Part shown: positions 29,525 through 39,109 of the stretch, piece after piece
Layout: each line of letters begins with the position of its first letter
Numbering within the stretch: position 1 is the stretch's first letter
Source: Thermoplasmata archaeon
Lineage (GTDB): Archaea > Thermoplasmatota > E2 > DHVEG-1
DNA: 64,000 nt
Direction: 5' to 3'
NCBI GenBank assembly: GCA_020054495.1
Contig: JAHWGK010000002.1
Location: forward strand, 16,418-80,417
Notes under the pieces: generated by a model
The model's input: only the letters and a program-made list of their open reading frames with translations
The model's database searches: none
Told to the model about the DNA's origin: nothing
Made by a program: the position numbers and the translations under genes

Positions 29525-29802
29525 AAGCCTAAAGCCTCTTTAATCTCATCCTCTTTGTAACCAACAATACATCCTTCATCGTTAATTACCAATGTTGGAA
29601 ATGAGCATCGAGGATTCCATTTTTTAATATCATCCATTACCTTGTCTTTTTCGCTTTCCTCAACTTGATCTACGAAAATATATGAATATTCTACATCCAA
29701 TTTTCTAAGGAAATCTTTGGTTTTTTTACACCATCCACAGGTGCTTAATGCATATAGTAAAATCTTTCCTCTATTTTCTCCCGCAACATGTTCAATTTTC
29801 AT
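29521..29802 (-). CDS. glutaredoxin-like small redox protein
   Basis: 93 aa. Active site CGWC ([16 protein letters not shown]). 4-nt overlap with the FTR-like gene. Confidence 0.75.
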   Translation of the reverse strand: MKIEHVAGENRGKILLYALSTCGWCKKTKDFLRKLDVEYSYIFVDQVEESEKDKVMDDIKKWNPRCSFPTLVINDEGCIVGYKEDEIKEALGL

Positions 29803-29817
29803 CTTATATCACATCTT

Positions 29818-30372
29818 TCAAATATATCTATTTATATATACAAAATCATCTATAGGAATTCTTTCAGGTCTTTCTTTCTCGGCTTTTACCTGCTTCTCTG
29901 AAAGAACTGGGTCAATTTTATCTGAATGCTTACCCACAATTACAAGTGCAATAACATCAATATCCTCTGGAATATCAAGAATTTCTCTAGTTTTCTTTGG
30001 ACTATACCCTGCAATTGGATGAGCAACTAGCCCAAGCTCTGTTGCTCTTAGAATCATTGCTTCAGTAGCCATTCCAATATCAAATCGGTAGTAAATTCTA
30101 TCATGGATTACACAATCATCCTCTTGTTTTCCTATAACAACTATAATCATTGATGCCTTATAAGCCCAGACATTACCTGATGATAAAGCTTCATGCATTT
30201 TCTTAAGCATTTCTGGATCATAAACAAAAATATATCTCCAGGGTTGATTGTTAAAACAGGATGCTGTAATTTGAGTACATTCCGCTAAATCATTAATCAG
30301 ATCTTTTGTAATTTCAACAGGCTCCAAAGAGCGATAAGCTCTTCTTTTTCTAATTGTTTCCTTCACATCCAT
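29818..30372 (-). CDS. nitroreductase family protein
   Basis: Start moved to MDVKETIRKRRAYRSL (canonical nitroreductase N-terminus). The longer ORF would overlap the thioredoxin gene. Confidence 0.75.
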   Translation of the reverse strand: MDVKETIRKRRAYRSLEPVEITKDLINDLAECTQITASCFNNQPWRYIFVYDPEMLKKMHEALSSGNVWAYKASMIIVVIGKQEDDCVIHDRIYYRFDIGMATEAMILRATELGLVAHPIAGYSPKKTREILDIPEDIDVIALVIVGKHSDKIDPVLSEKQVKAEKERPERIPIDDFVYINRYI

Positions 30373-30382
30373 ACAAATGCGC

Positions 30383-30784
30383 CTAGGCATATCCCGTGAT
30401 ACCTGGGTCAACCCATGTTGTGTTTTTAGCACATTGAGGACCATGTTCAAGAGATTCCTCAACTGCTTTTTTCAATAACGATGGATACATTGCACCTGTC
30501 AGTTCATGAACAGGTTTGCCATTACAAAAAAACTTGAATGTTGGTGTACCCATAACTCCATATCTATTGGCAATAGTCAGATTTTCGGCAATATCAACCT
30601 TAGCAAAAATTATTTTTCCTTTATATTCCGATGCATATTCATTAAAATGCGGTTCCATTTGTTGACAAAAAGGACAAGTAGGGCTAGAAAACATTACTGC
30701 AACTGGTTTGTCTCCCTTTTCTACTGTTTTTTCCCAGTTGGAATCATCCAATTCAACAAGATTTTCAGAACTCATAATATTCAC
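30383..30784 (-). CDS. trx: thioredoxin
   Basis: 133 aa. CPFC active site in a Trx fold (VAVMFSSPTCPFCQQM). Confidence 0.8.
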   Translation of the reverse strand: MNIMSSENLVELDDSNWEKTVEKGDKPVAVMFSSPTCPFCQQMEPHFNEYASEYKGKIIFAKVDIAENLTIANRYGVMGTPTFKFFCNGKPVHELTGAMYPSLLKKAVEESLEHGPQCAKNTTWVDPGITGYA

Positions 30785-31255
30785 CTAATCCCCCTCTCTC
30801 AAAAATGTAAGAACTTCATTAATGTCAGGTAATTCTCCTAACTCATAAATTCTTACAAACTCAATTTCTTGATTTTCGTTTATAATAATATTAGCCCTAT
30901 CTGAAAAACCTTCTTCTTCTCTGAATAATCGGTATAGCTTTGCTACTTTTCCATGAGGCCAAAAATCAGAAAGAAATCTAGTATGCTTTATGCCAAGATT
31001 TTCAGCCCAGGCTTTTTTAGAAGGAATAGAATCAACGTTTATTCCAACTGCAACCATATTTAATTCTCCAAATTCCTTCCAATTATCTTCAAGTGATTGC
31101 ATCTGTTTAGCACACACACCAGTCCAAGCAAGGGGGTGGAATGATAGAAGAACCCATTTTCCTTTAAAATCAGATAACTTGAATTCCTTTTCATTCTGAT
31201 CATTCAAACTAAAATCAGGAGCTTTCTCTCCAGCTTCAAAACATTTTTTTTCCAT
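30785..31255 (-). CDS. peroxiredoxin-like (AhpC/TSA/redoxin family)
   Basis: 156 aa. WTGVC peroxidatic Cys context. Abuts the thioredoxin gene. Confidence 0.65.
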   Translation of the reverse strand: MEKKCFEAGEKAPDFSLNDQNEKEFKLSDFKGKWVLLSFHPLAWTGVCAKQMQSLEDNWKEFGELNMVAVGINVDSIPSKKAWAENLGIKHTRFLSDFWPHGKVAKLYRLFREEEGFSDRANIIINENQEIEFVRIYELGELPDINEVLTFLREGD

Positions 31256-31267
31256 ATTTAATGCCTC

Positions 31268-32119
31268 TTAAATCCATTCTTCCTTTAGAATATCTCCTTT
31301 AATTCCTACAACAATTGACTTAACCGGAATTTTTCTTGAAGCATTTTCAACAGCTTTTTTAGCAAGACCTAATAAACCACTGCAACATGGAACCTCCATA
31401 GTCATCACCGTAAGAGTATTGATATTTGCACCATCAATTAACTTAGTCAATTTATCTAAGTAAATTTCTTGATTAGAATCTAATTTTGGACATGCAATAG
31501 AAAGACTTCGACCTTTTAGATAATCTTTATGAAAATCGGCAATGGAATAACCAACACAATCAGCAACAAGTAAAACATCTTTATTCTTGAAATAGGGTGC
31601 ATTTGGGGGTACTAAATGAAGTTGAACTGGCCATTGCCTAAGTTGAGAACTCCGGGTTCCACTTTCTCCATTATCGCTTTTTTTTTCATCTGAAAAGTCT
31701 ATAACTCTTGAGCCAGGACATCCTTGAGGTGGATTAGTACACTTATCATCTGGTTTTTCATCAAGATCTATCTCCATTCCTTTTTCTTTTAAAACCTCTA
31801 AAGCGTCATTGTAATAACCTAATTCGCCATGATCTTTCAAATGCTTAAGATGTGCAATAATCGTGTTTTTACCAGCCTTTATGATATTTTCTCGCATTAC
31901 CTTTTTTTCATCATAAGGTTCCGCGTCTCGTTCCTCAGTACTCATTGCACCTTGTGGGCATTCGCCAACACATGCTCCTAGGCCATCGCAAAAAATATCA
32001 CTAATCAGTCTTGCTTTTCCATCAATTACTTGCAATGCTCCTTCAGGGCAATTTGGAATGCATAATCCACAGCCATTACACTTTTCTTCATCAATTTTAA
32101 TTATTTTTCTTTTTGCCAT
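31268..32119 (-). CDS. 4Fe-4S dicluster domain protein (HCP-associated)
   Basis: 283 aa. CNGCGLCIPNCP and CDGLGACVGECP ferredoxin motifs, plus extra Cys-containing C-domain. Confidence 0.65.
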   Translation of the reverse strand: MAKRKIIKIDEEKCNGCGLCIPNCPEGALQVIDGKARLISDIFCDGLGACVGECPQGAMSTEERDAEPYDEKKVMRENIIKAGKNTIIAHLKHLKDHGELGYYNDALEVLKEKGMEIDLDEKPDDKCTNPPQGCPGSRVIDFSDEKKSDNGESGTRSSQLRQWPVQLHLVPPNAPYFKNKDVLLVADCVGYSIADFHKDYLKGRSLSIACPKLDSNQEIYLDKLTKLIDGANINTLTVMTMEVPCCSGLLGLAKKAVENASRKIPVKSIVVGIKGDILKEEWI

Positions 32120-32129
32120 ACATATCTCC

Positions 32130-33752
32130 CTATGTAACTATTTGTAATACTGGAAGATCATTTTCGACTGTTGAATTTGGTCGTATGTTGAATTTCTCAA
32201 CCAAAACCTTTAACACATTTGGCGAGACAAATGCAGGTAGAGTTGGACCAAGCATAATATTTTTCACACCAAGTGATAAAAGTGTAAGTAATACCAAAAC
32301 TGCTTTTTGTTCATACCAGGCTATATTAAATGAAATCGGCAATTCATTAATACCAACTCCAAATGCTTCTGCAAGTTTTTGTGCTATGGCCACAAGAGAG
32401 TACGAATCATTGCACTGTCCGGCATCAATCACTCTAGGAATACCATCAATATCTCCAAGACCAAGTTTGTTATATCGATATTTAGCACACCCTGCAGTAA
32501 GGATCACTGTATCGTTTGATAGTGCCTTAGCAAAATCAGTATAATATTGTCGATTTTTTCTTCGGCCATCACATCCAGCCATAACTACAAACCGTTTTAT
32601 TTTACCTGATTTCACTGCCTCAACAATTTTATCTGCAAGATTTAATGTTGCTTTGTGGGCAAAACCTATAATTATCTCACCCTCCTCAATTTTTTCCGGA
32701 GGTGAACTCTTTTTTGCATGTTCAATGACCTCAGAGAAATCCTTAGAACCTCCCTCAATTCTATCAGGAATGTATTTCAAACCATCAAAACCGACAACAC
32801 CTGTCATATAAACTCTATCTTTATACGAATCTCTTGGAGGAACCAAACAATTTGTTGTCAGAAGAATAGGTCCATTGAATTTTTCAAACTCTTCTTTTTG
32901 TCTCCACCACGAACTACCATAGTTACCCACAAAATGAGAATATTTTTTAAACGCAGGATAAGCATTTGCAGGAAGCATCTCTCCATGAGTATAAACATCA
33001 ATACCAGTTCCTTCAGTTTGTTTAAGCAGTTCCTCTAAGTCCTTTAAGTCATGACCGCTGATAAGAATGCCTGGATTGCTACGCACTCCAATGTTTACTT
33101 TTGTTATTTCTGGATTGCCATATGCAGAAGTATTTGCATTATCAAGCATTGCCATAGTTTTTACACCCATCTCGCCACATCTCATTACAAGATTTATCAA
33201 TTCATCTATGGGCAATTCTTGTGTAGTGCTAACTAATGCCTCTTCAATAAACTTAAAAATTTCATTGTCTTTTTTTCCAAGTACATAAGCATGATCAGTG
33301 TATGCAGCCATTCCTTTTAATCCATAAGTTAGCAGCCAACGAAGTGACCTAATATCTTCATTTTCTGTGCTTAACACACCGATTGTTTCTGCTTTTTTTA
33401 AGATATCTTCCTCGTCATCATATTGCCAGGTTACAGCATCATGTTGAGAGTCAACTGAGACGTTTTCCTTTATTTTCTCTCGTAATTCTATTGCTTCTTG
33501 AATTTTATCAAAAAAATGGTTTTTATTAAAATTAGCATTTGTAATTGTTGAGAACAAACCAGCCATGATAAATTCATCTGCTTCTTTAGTATTCTTTCCT
33601 TGTTTTCTTGCTTCGATGTTGCAAATAGATATCCCTTTCATTAGATATATTAAAAGATCCTGTAAATTTGCTACATCACCTTGTTTACCGCAAGCACCAG
33701 CATTTGTACAACCTTTATTATTTATTGTTTCTTCGCATTGATAACAAAACAT
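32130..33752 (-). CDS. hcp: hybrid cluster protein / hydroxylamine reductase
   Basis: Start set at MFCYQCEET (canonical HCP N-terminal Cys cluster). The longer ORF overlaps the AhpD gene. Confidence 0.9.
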   Translation of the reverse strand: MFCYQCEETINNKGCTNAGACGKQGDVANLQDLLIYLMKGISICNIEARKQGKNTKEADEFIMAGLFSTITNANFNKNHFFDKIQEAIELREKIKENVSVDSQHDAVTWQYDDEEDILKKAETIGVLSTENEDIRSLRWLLTYGLKGMAAYTDHAYVLGKKDNEIFKFIEEALVSTTQELPIDELINLVMRCGEMGVKTMAMLDNANTSAYGNPEITKVNIGVRSNPGILISGHDLKDLEELLKQTEGTGIDVYTHGEMLPANAYPAFKKYSHFVGNYGSSWWRQKEEFEKFNGPILLTTNCLVPPRDSYKDRVYMTGVVGFDGLKYIPDRIEGGSKDFSEVIEHAKKSSPPEKIEEGEIIIGFAHKATLNLADKIVEAVKSGKIKRFVVMAGCDGRRKNRQYYTDFAKALSNDTVILTAGCAKYRYNKLGLGDIDGIPRVIDAGQCNDSYSLVAIAQKLAEAFGVGINELPISFNIAWYEQKAVLVLLTLLSLGVKNIMLGPTLPAFVSPNVLKVLVEKFNIRPNSTVENDLPVLQIVT

Positions 33753-33756
33753 TTCT

Positions 33757-34086
33757 TCACCTCGAAAACTCATCAAGAGCTTTTTTGACTTCAACGATAT
33801 AAATCATAGCTGGGCCACCACCCATGAGTATCGCTACGCCAGCAACCTCTAAGATTTCTTCTTTGGTGGCACCTACTTTAAGGGCTTTTTCTACATGAAT
33901 AGCAATACAATATTTACACCGAGCAGTTATTGCCGTTCCAACTGCAACAAGTTCTTTTGTTTTAGTATCTAGAACTCCTTCTTTGAGAACTGAGCCCATA
34001 AATGCTTTAAAATGCCTCAAAGTTTCCGGTTGTTGTTTTGATAATTCACCCATCATTTCCATTACGCTATCCACGGATTTTTTCAT
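33757..34086 (-). CDS. carboxymuconolactone decarboxylase family / AhpD-like alkylhydroperoxidase
   Basis: 109 aa. CxxCxxxH motif (RCKYCIAIH). Confidence 0.8.
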   Translation of the reverse strand: MKKSVDSVMEMMGELSKQQPETLRHFKAFMGSVLKEGVLDTKTKELVAVGTAITARCKYCIAIHVEKALKVGATKEEILEVAGVAILMGGGPAMIYIVEVKKALDEFSR

Positions 34087-34116
34087 TTAATTCAAATTTA
34101 TCACCTATTTCAAAAT

Positions 34117-34497
34117 TCAACTGGACTTCCACAGCCCATGTACATTACAGTACTCTCTAGCATCTATTGCATCTGCTTTTATTTCAAACTCAGCCTGTGG
34201 TTTGTCACCAGGTTTTAGAAACTTTCTATAAGCAGCACCATCAGCAATTATTTGTATCCATTCAATGTGGTGTTCTTCGATCATTGGGTGATCTTGGTTT
34301 TGACCAACCTTGACAAGAACTCCATTAGAAGTCTTTTCAATATAAGGGACATGTTTTTCAACAGTAGAATCCTCAGTTTTTTCTTCCATAAGTTTCATAG
34401 GTTCTCCACAACATACGAGTTCCCCAACACCAGCATGTAAAACTTCAACAATATTTCCACAAATATTACATTTGTAGATTTCTCTAATTTTTACCAT
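34117..34497 (-). CDS. dfx: desulfoferrodoxin (2Fe superoxide reductase)
   Basis: N-terminal desulforedoxin module ([12 protein letters not shown]...CCGEPM). SOR domain with HVPYIE...H and CNVHGLW. Start at ATG 34497, with GGAGG 8 nt upstream. Confidence 0.85.
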   Translation of the reverse strand: MVKIREIYKCNICGNIVEVLHAGVGELVCCGEPMKLMEEKTEDSTVEKHVPYIEKTSNGVLVKVGQNQDHPMIEEHHIEWIQIIADGAAYRKFLKPGDKPQAEFEIKADAIDAREYCNVHGLWKSS

Positions 34498-34516
34498 AAT
34501 TTCTACCTCCAAAATT

Positions 34517-34900
34517 TCATTTTTTCTTTTTTTTATAGTCTTTTATAGCCTCATGTAATGCATCAGCAGCTAAATTGGAGCAATGCATCTTTTGAGGAGG
34601 AAGGCCATCAAGTTCGTCAGCCACATCATTACGAGTTATTTTAATTGCATCATCAACATGTTGTCCTTTAGCTAGTTCAGTAACCATACTACTTGTAGCA
34701 ATTGCAGACCCACATCCAAAGGTTTTGAACTTGATATCAGTAATAATGTCGTCTTTTACCTTGATGTATATCTCCATTAAATCCCCACAGACTGGGTTTC
34801 CAACTTTTCCATATCCATCTGGGTTCTCTATCACCCCTACATTTTTTGGATTCATAAAATGCTCCATTACTTTCTCACTATATCCTGGAATTTTTATCAC
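34517..34900 (-). CDS. iscU: IscU/NifU-type Fe-S cluster scaffold
   Basis: 127 aa. Three conserved Cys ([15 protein letters not shown]). Confidence 0.85.
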   Translation of the reverse strand: MIKIPGYSEKVMEHFMNPKNVGVIENPDGYGKVGNPVCGDLMEIYIKVKDDIITDIKFKTFGCGSAIATSSMVTELAKGQHVDDAIKITRNDVADELDGLPPQKMHCSNLAADALHEAIKDYKKKKK

Positions 34901-34906
34901 CTCTTA

Positions 34907-36061
34907 TTATGTCAACGGTGAAAGTTGTCTCAGTCTTTGAACTGTTTCTTTCACCCCTTTTACAATAACTGGTACTTGTTCTCTTTTATTTGAACGGCCG
35001 AGGGTCATTACCATCGATCCATGAGCCTCTTCATGTTTCAAGCCTATTGCAAGTAGAACATGAGATGGCTCTAATGTTTTATGGGAACAAGCTGAACCAG
35101 TTGCTATTTGAATATTATACATATCCATATTCAACAATATGCTTTCACCTTCTATATAGCTAAAACGAAAACTGGCATGATGCGGAAGTCTCTTTGTAGG
35201 ATGACCTGTTAAATAGGTGTCTTCGATCTTCAATATCTCCTTGATAAGCTCATCTCTAATTTTTTTGAGTCTCTCACTTTCATTTTTCATTTCTTTTTGG
35301 GCAATTCTAGCTGCTTCCCCCATTCCAACTATCGCAAATACATTTTCAGATCCAGACCTTAAACCTCGTTCCTGCCCACCGCCGAGAAGAACTGATTGAA
35401 CCTTAACACCTGGTTTTATATAAAGTGCAGCAGCTCCTCTTGGACCATAAAGGTCATTGGATGATAAAGTCAAAAGATCAATTCCATCCTCCTGCACATC
35501 AATAGGTAAACGCCCTGCAGCAGCTGTTGCATCAACATGCAAATATCGCCCTTTTTCATGAACAATTTTACTAACCTCCTTAATTGGTTCAATTGTACCA
35601 ATCTCATTATTTGCATACATAAGAGAGGTAACTGTCGTGTTTTTTGTTAAAAGGCTTTCAAGTATTTCAAGATTAATGATACCATATGGGTCAACTGGAG
35701 CTACATTAAATGTAAAACCATTTTTCTGAAGTTCTTTCATAGGATTAATAACTGAGATATGATCTATGGCACTAGCAAGAACTTCTTTTCCATCTCTTAT
35801 ATTCCTAAGTGCTGTTCCTCTTAAAGCAAGATTGTTAGATTCAGTCGCACTCCCTGTAAAAATAATTGATTTTTCATTCTCTGCATTGATAAACTCTGCA
35901 ATTTTTTTCCTAGACTCTTCAATAGCGTTTTTTATCTCTAAACCAATTGAATAAAGAGAGGAGGGATTTGCATAATCCTTTATTAGATAAGATTTTGCAA
36001 ATTCAAATACCCGTGGATCAACAGGCATTGATGATGCATGGTCTAAATAAATTCTTTCCAT
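34907..36061 (-). CDS. iscS: cysteine desulfurase (IscS/NifS, class V aminotransferase)
   Basis: Start at MERIYLDHAS with GAGGAAA SD. PLP-Lys region (SSNDLYGPRG) and active-site Cys (SACSHK). Confidence 0.9.
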   Translation of the reverse strand: MERIYLDHASSMPVDPRVFEFAKSYLIKDYANPSSLYSIGLEIKNAIEESRKKIAEFINAENEKSIIFTGSATESNNLALRGTALRNIRDGKEVLASAIDHISVINPMKELQKNGFTFNVAPVDPYGIINLEILESLLTKNTTVTSLMYANNEIGTIEPIKEVSKIVHEKGRYLHVDATAAAGRLPIDVQEDGIDLLTLSSNDLYGPRGAAALYIKPGVKVQSVLLGGGQERGLRSGSENVFAIVGMGEAARIAQKEMKNESERLKKIRDELIKEILKIEDTYLTGHPTKRLPHHASFRFSYIEGESILLNMDMYNIQIATGSACSHKTLEPSHVLLAIGLKHEEAHGSMVMTLGRSNKREQVPVIVKGVKETVQRLRQLSPLT

Positions 36062-36071
36062 ATTTTCCTCT

Positions 36072-36434
36072 TTAAAACCACATAGTTGCACCCGCGTCAA
36101 GAGCGAGATCATTTAAGGTTCCTGCACCAACTATTTTTACCCCAGGTATTAGATTAATTTTTTCCAAGCCAAGCATTTGCTTTGATGCTTCACACACATA
36201 AATCTCAATTCCCATGTCAAGGGTTTTTTTAATCATCTCGGCAACACTAGGGAAATTACCAAGTTTGATTTTTTCAGCTTCGCCAGCCATTAATATTTTC
36301 AGACCAGTGCCAAGATAATAAATCATTGGTTTAATGTCCATCATCTTAGCTGTTTGTGCTAAAACCAAAGGCGAATATTGTTTTTTAGGCGCATCAGTTG
36401 TTTGCACATATAATATAGAATTTTCGTCTTTCAT
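36072..36434 (-). CDS. DsrE/DsrF-like sulfur-relay family protein
   Basis: 120 aa, DsrE/YchN fold pattern (conserved Cys in VCEASKQ). Confidence 0.65.
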   Translation of the reverse strand: MKDENSILYVQTTDAPKKQYSPLVLAQTAKMMDIKPMIYYLGTGLKILMAGEAEKIKLGNFPSVAEMIKKTLDMGIEIYVCEASKQMLGLEKINLIPGVKIVGAGTLNDLALDAGATMWF

Positions 36435-36445
36435 TAAATTTCACC

Positions 36446-36697
36446 TCATTTCATTCTTTTAATATAGAAGGTCAAGATTGTACCTTCTTTTTCAAATTTT
36501 AATATTTCGTGACCTGTTCTTTTAGCCCACCGTTTAATATCCTCTTCAGCGGCAGGATCATCAGCTTCGACTTTTAATACTTGCCCAACTTCAATTTTAT
36601 CAATTTCTTCCTTTGTCATTGCAATGGGCATAGGGCAATAGTATCCAATACAGTCCAATTCAGCATCAGCAACAATGTCTGAACTCAGATTATACAC
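36446..36697 (-). CDS. tusA: TusA-like sulfurtransferase
   Basis: 83 aa with CPxP motif (CIGYYCPMP). Confidence 0.8.
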   Translation of the reverse strand: MYNLSSDIVADAELDCIGYYCPMPIAMTKEEIDKIEVGQVLKVEADDPAAEEDIKRWAKRTGHEILKFEKEGTILTFYIKRMK

Positions 36698-36703
36698 CTC
36701 TCA

Positions 36704-37213
36704 TTAATTCCCCAAATAATCTAATTCAAACCAGTAACCAGTACTATTTATGTGGTGGAATTCTCCCTCAAGAACGTTATAGTGGTTCTTTTCTTGGTTA
36801 ATGATTTCATCAATGATTTCATTAATCTGATCGTCTTTAGAATTTTCTCTTATTTTTGTATAATATTCAATAGCGTCTTTTTCACTATCCATTGCCATTC
36901 GTAAGGCATCAATTTCATTTGTATCGGGGTTTGCTCCTTCCACTGTCTGTAGATCTTTTGGGAATATTGGAATATCAGCATATTTTTTACTAGTATTTGT
37001 AAGATCATACCATTCCGTTTTTCCAATTTTTTCGTCAAATATTTTTTGAAAAATTTCAAGATGCAAAAGTTCATCAGCAGCTAGGCTTTTAAAGACAGAT
37101 TTGCCCATTTCACTTGAGGTCTGAGCCGCTGCTTTTTGATAAAAGGAATAGCCGGCTTTTTCCATTTGAATAGCAGTTTTAATTGCATCTTTCACATTTT
37201 CAATTTCTGTCAT
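36704..37213 (-). CDS. rubrerythrin-family ferritin-like diiron protein (no rubredoxin domain)
   Basis: 169 aa with ExxH pairs (ELLHLEIF, QEKNHYNVLE). Confidence 0.6.
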   Translation of the reverse strand: MTEIENVKDAIKTAIQMEKAGYSFYQKAAAQTSSEMGKSVFKSLAADELLHLEIFQKIFDEKIGKTEWYDLTNTSKKYADIPIFPKDLQTVEGANPDTNEIDALRMAMDSEKDAIEYYTKIRENSKDDQINEIIDEIINQEKNHYNVLEGEFHHINSTGYWFELDYLGN

Positions 37214-37232
37214 TTATCTTCACCATTTTTTT

Positions 37233-37808
37233 TTAGTAATTCTCCATCCAAATTTCGCAATAACTTTGTTTATGTTGACATGCAGGGCATACATCAGGGG
37301 CTTCTTCTCCTTCGTAAACATATCCACAGTTCCGGCATTTCCATTTGATAACTTTGTCTTTTTTGAAAGCTCGATTTTTATTTACATTATCAAGTAGTTT
37401 TCTAAATCTTCTTTCATGATAAGCTTCTACTTTACCTATCTCCCTAAAACTATGAGCAACCATAGGAAATCCTTCATCCTCCGCAGCCTTTGCAAAATCT
37501 GGATAAAGCGTTCCCCATTCCATTTTTTCACCTTCTGCTGCAGCATGTAAGTTTTCAGCAGTCGTTCCTATTACACCTGCGGGGTATCCTGCAATAATTT
37601 CAACATCTCCGCCTTGAAGGTGTTTGAAAAAGACTTCAGCATGCTCCTTTTCATTGTCAGCTGTTTCTTGAAATATTGCTGCAATCTGTTCATATCCTTC
37701 TTTTTTGGCTTTTGAAACAAAAAATGTATATCTGTTTCTAGCCTGTGATTCTCCAGCAAATGCTGCAAGAAGATTTTTTTCAGTTTTTGTTCCTTTGATG
37801 CTTTTCAT
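37233..37808 (-). CDS. rbr: rubrerythrin
   Basis: 191 aa. Ferritin-like diiron domain plus C-terminal rubredoxin CRNCGY...CPACQH. Confidence 0.9.
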   Translation of the reverse strand: MKSIKGTKTEKNLLAAFAGESQARNRYTFFVSKAKKEGYEQIAAIFQETADNEKEHAEVFFKHLQGGDVEIIAGYPAGVIGTTAENLHAAAEGEKMEWGTLYPDFAKAAEDEGFPMVAHSFREIGKVEAYHERRFRKLLDNVNKNRAFKKDKVIKWKCRNCGYVYEGEEAPDVCPACQHKQSYCEIWMENY

Positions 37809-37832
37809 TTTTTTTCCTCCAATTCAATCAAA

Positions 37833-38324
37833 TTAAGGACCCACATGAACCATGGGCCAATACACATCACCTTCTTCAAAACGTTCCATACTTTCTTTTT
37901 CCATTTTAAGAATTTTATAATGGCCAATTTCCATATCTGAAAAATACAACAGAGTATTATGTATCTTATTTCCAGTCTCAAATCGAGTTGCTAGAGATTT
38001 GTAAAATTCACTTGCGGATTGTTCTGCATTCATTGCTTGAGTTAATAATTTACTTAAAGGGGTGTCTTCAGTAAACTCTACTTCAGGTAGTGGAACTGGC
38101 GTTTTCTTAGGCAAAACTAACTCGTTTTCAGGAAAATGATTTGCATAAATTTCCTCAATAAATTTTCTATGCTTATTTTCTTCCTTAGCAAGAAATTCCA
38201 GTTTATCCTTTAATAATCCATTTTTTGTTTTTGTCGCCATTTTTAAATAAAGCTGGTGGCTATCTTCCTCACTCTTTATTGCAGCGAGAAATAAATCTTC
38301 TAGATCATAACTACTTAAATCCAT
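37833..38324 (-). CDS. rubrerythrin-like ferritin-domain protein
   Basis: 163 aa ferritin-like four-helix-bundle pattern (EENKHRKF, EIGHYKIL). Confidence 0.55.
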   Translation of the reverse strand: MDLSSYDLEDLFLAAIKSEEDSHQLYLKMATKTKNGLLKDKLEFLAKEENKHRKFIEEIYANHFPENELVLPKKTPVPLPEVEFTEDTPLSKLLTQAMNAEQSASEFYKSLATRFETGNKIHNTLLYFSDMEIGHYKILKMEKESMERFEEGDVYWPMVHVGP

Positions 38325-38357
38325 TTTATTTCACCTAAATATAGTTATTTTTTCTCC

Positions 38358-38894
38358 TTATTTTATATTCTCAGCATGCAAATCAAGGTGATCAGTTTCT
38401 ATCTCAACTAATTCAGCAAAAAATTCTTTTAACCTTGGTTCTGTTGCCTCATCTCTAAATTTTGCATATGCTTTTATTGCACGATCCTCTCGTTCCCAGC
38501 CTTCTTTTGAATTTTCTTTTGCATTTGCATTACATAATTGTTTCCCTAGTTCAGGCCTAGAGATTTTTAAGAATTTAGAGATAACAGAAGCATGTTCACG
38601 TTCGACTTTCATTAAAGCTTTGAACTTTGCTAAACTGTAATGGTCACTTGCTTTATCTGCAGCATTTTTTGCACAATCATAAAACGCAGCATTATCTAAC
38701 TCAAGTTGCAAGGCAGCCTCAAGATTCTTGCGTGATATATCGCTTAACAATACGTTGAATTCATCTAGATTCCAATCCTTTGCTTCAACGAAAAATCTTT
38801 TTTGCGCACCGCAAAATGGACATTGAGTTGGTGCTTCAGATCCAATGTATGGATCACCACATATTCTACATCTAAATACCTTTATCTTAGCCAT
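38358..38894 (-). CDS. reverse rubrerythrin (N-terminal rubredoxin + C-terminal diiron domain)
   Basis: 178 aa. N-terminal FRCRICGDPY...CPFCGA, followed by ferritin-like domain (EREHASV, IETDHLDLH). Confidence 0.8.
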   Translation of the reverse strand: MAKIKVFRCRICGDPYIGSEAPTQCPFCGAQKRFFVEAKDWNLDEFNVLLSDISRKNLEAALQLELDNAAFYDCAKNAADKASDHYSLAKFKALMKVEREHASVISKFLKISRPELGKQLCNANAKENSKEGWEREDRAIKAYAKFRDEATEPRLKEFFAELVEIETDHLDLHAENIK

Positions 38895-38920
38895 TCAACT
38901 TCCACCATCACAAATTTATT

Positions 38921-39076
38921 CTATTTTATTCGTTTCATTGGCACGCCACAACAATAGGGTGCTGCCTTTGGTTCTTCATCAAATTCTATAATGCTACAAC
39001 TACAATCCTCTGCTGAACATTCGCATTCATATTGTATTGGCTTGTCTGCTTCTTTACAACCACAACTTTTACACAT
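38921..39076 (-). CDS. Cys-rich small protein (51 aa, 11 Cys; desulforedoxin-like CCGVPM motif)
   Basis: Manual translation MCKSCGCKEADKPIQYECECSAEDCSCSIIEFDEEPKAAPYCCGVPMKRIK. GGGAGG SD 9 nt upstream of the ATG. Not in the ORF track. Confidence 0.4.
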   Translation of the reverse strand: MCKSCGCKEADKPIQYECECSAEDCSCSIIEFDEEPKAAPYCCGVPMKRIK

Positions 39077-39109
39077 TTTTCCATACCTCCCTTATATTTA
39101 ACATATTTC

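Noticed and set aside
32130-33794. Longer 5' extensions of several ORF-track frames (hcp, iscS 34907-36112, nitroreductase 29818-30462, thiolase 43862-45178, C25 13111-14655, pstS 54531-55661, SDH 61163-62539, dfx 34117-34512)
   Set aside because: The extensions overlap upstream genes or lack an RBS. Internal ATGs with GGAGG-type SDs coincide with canonical family N-termini.
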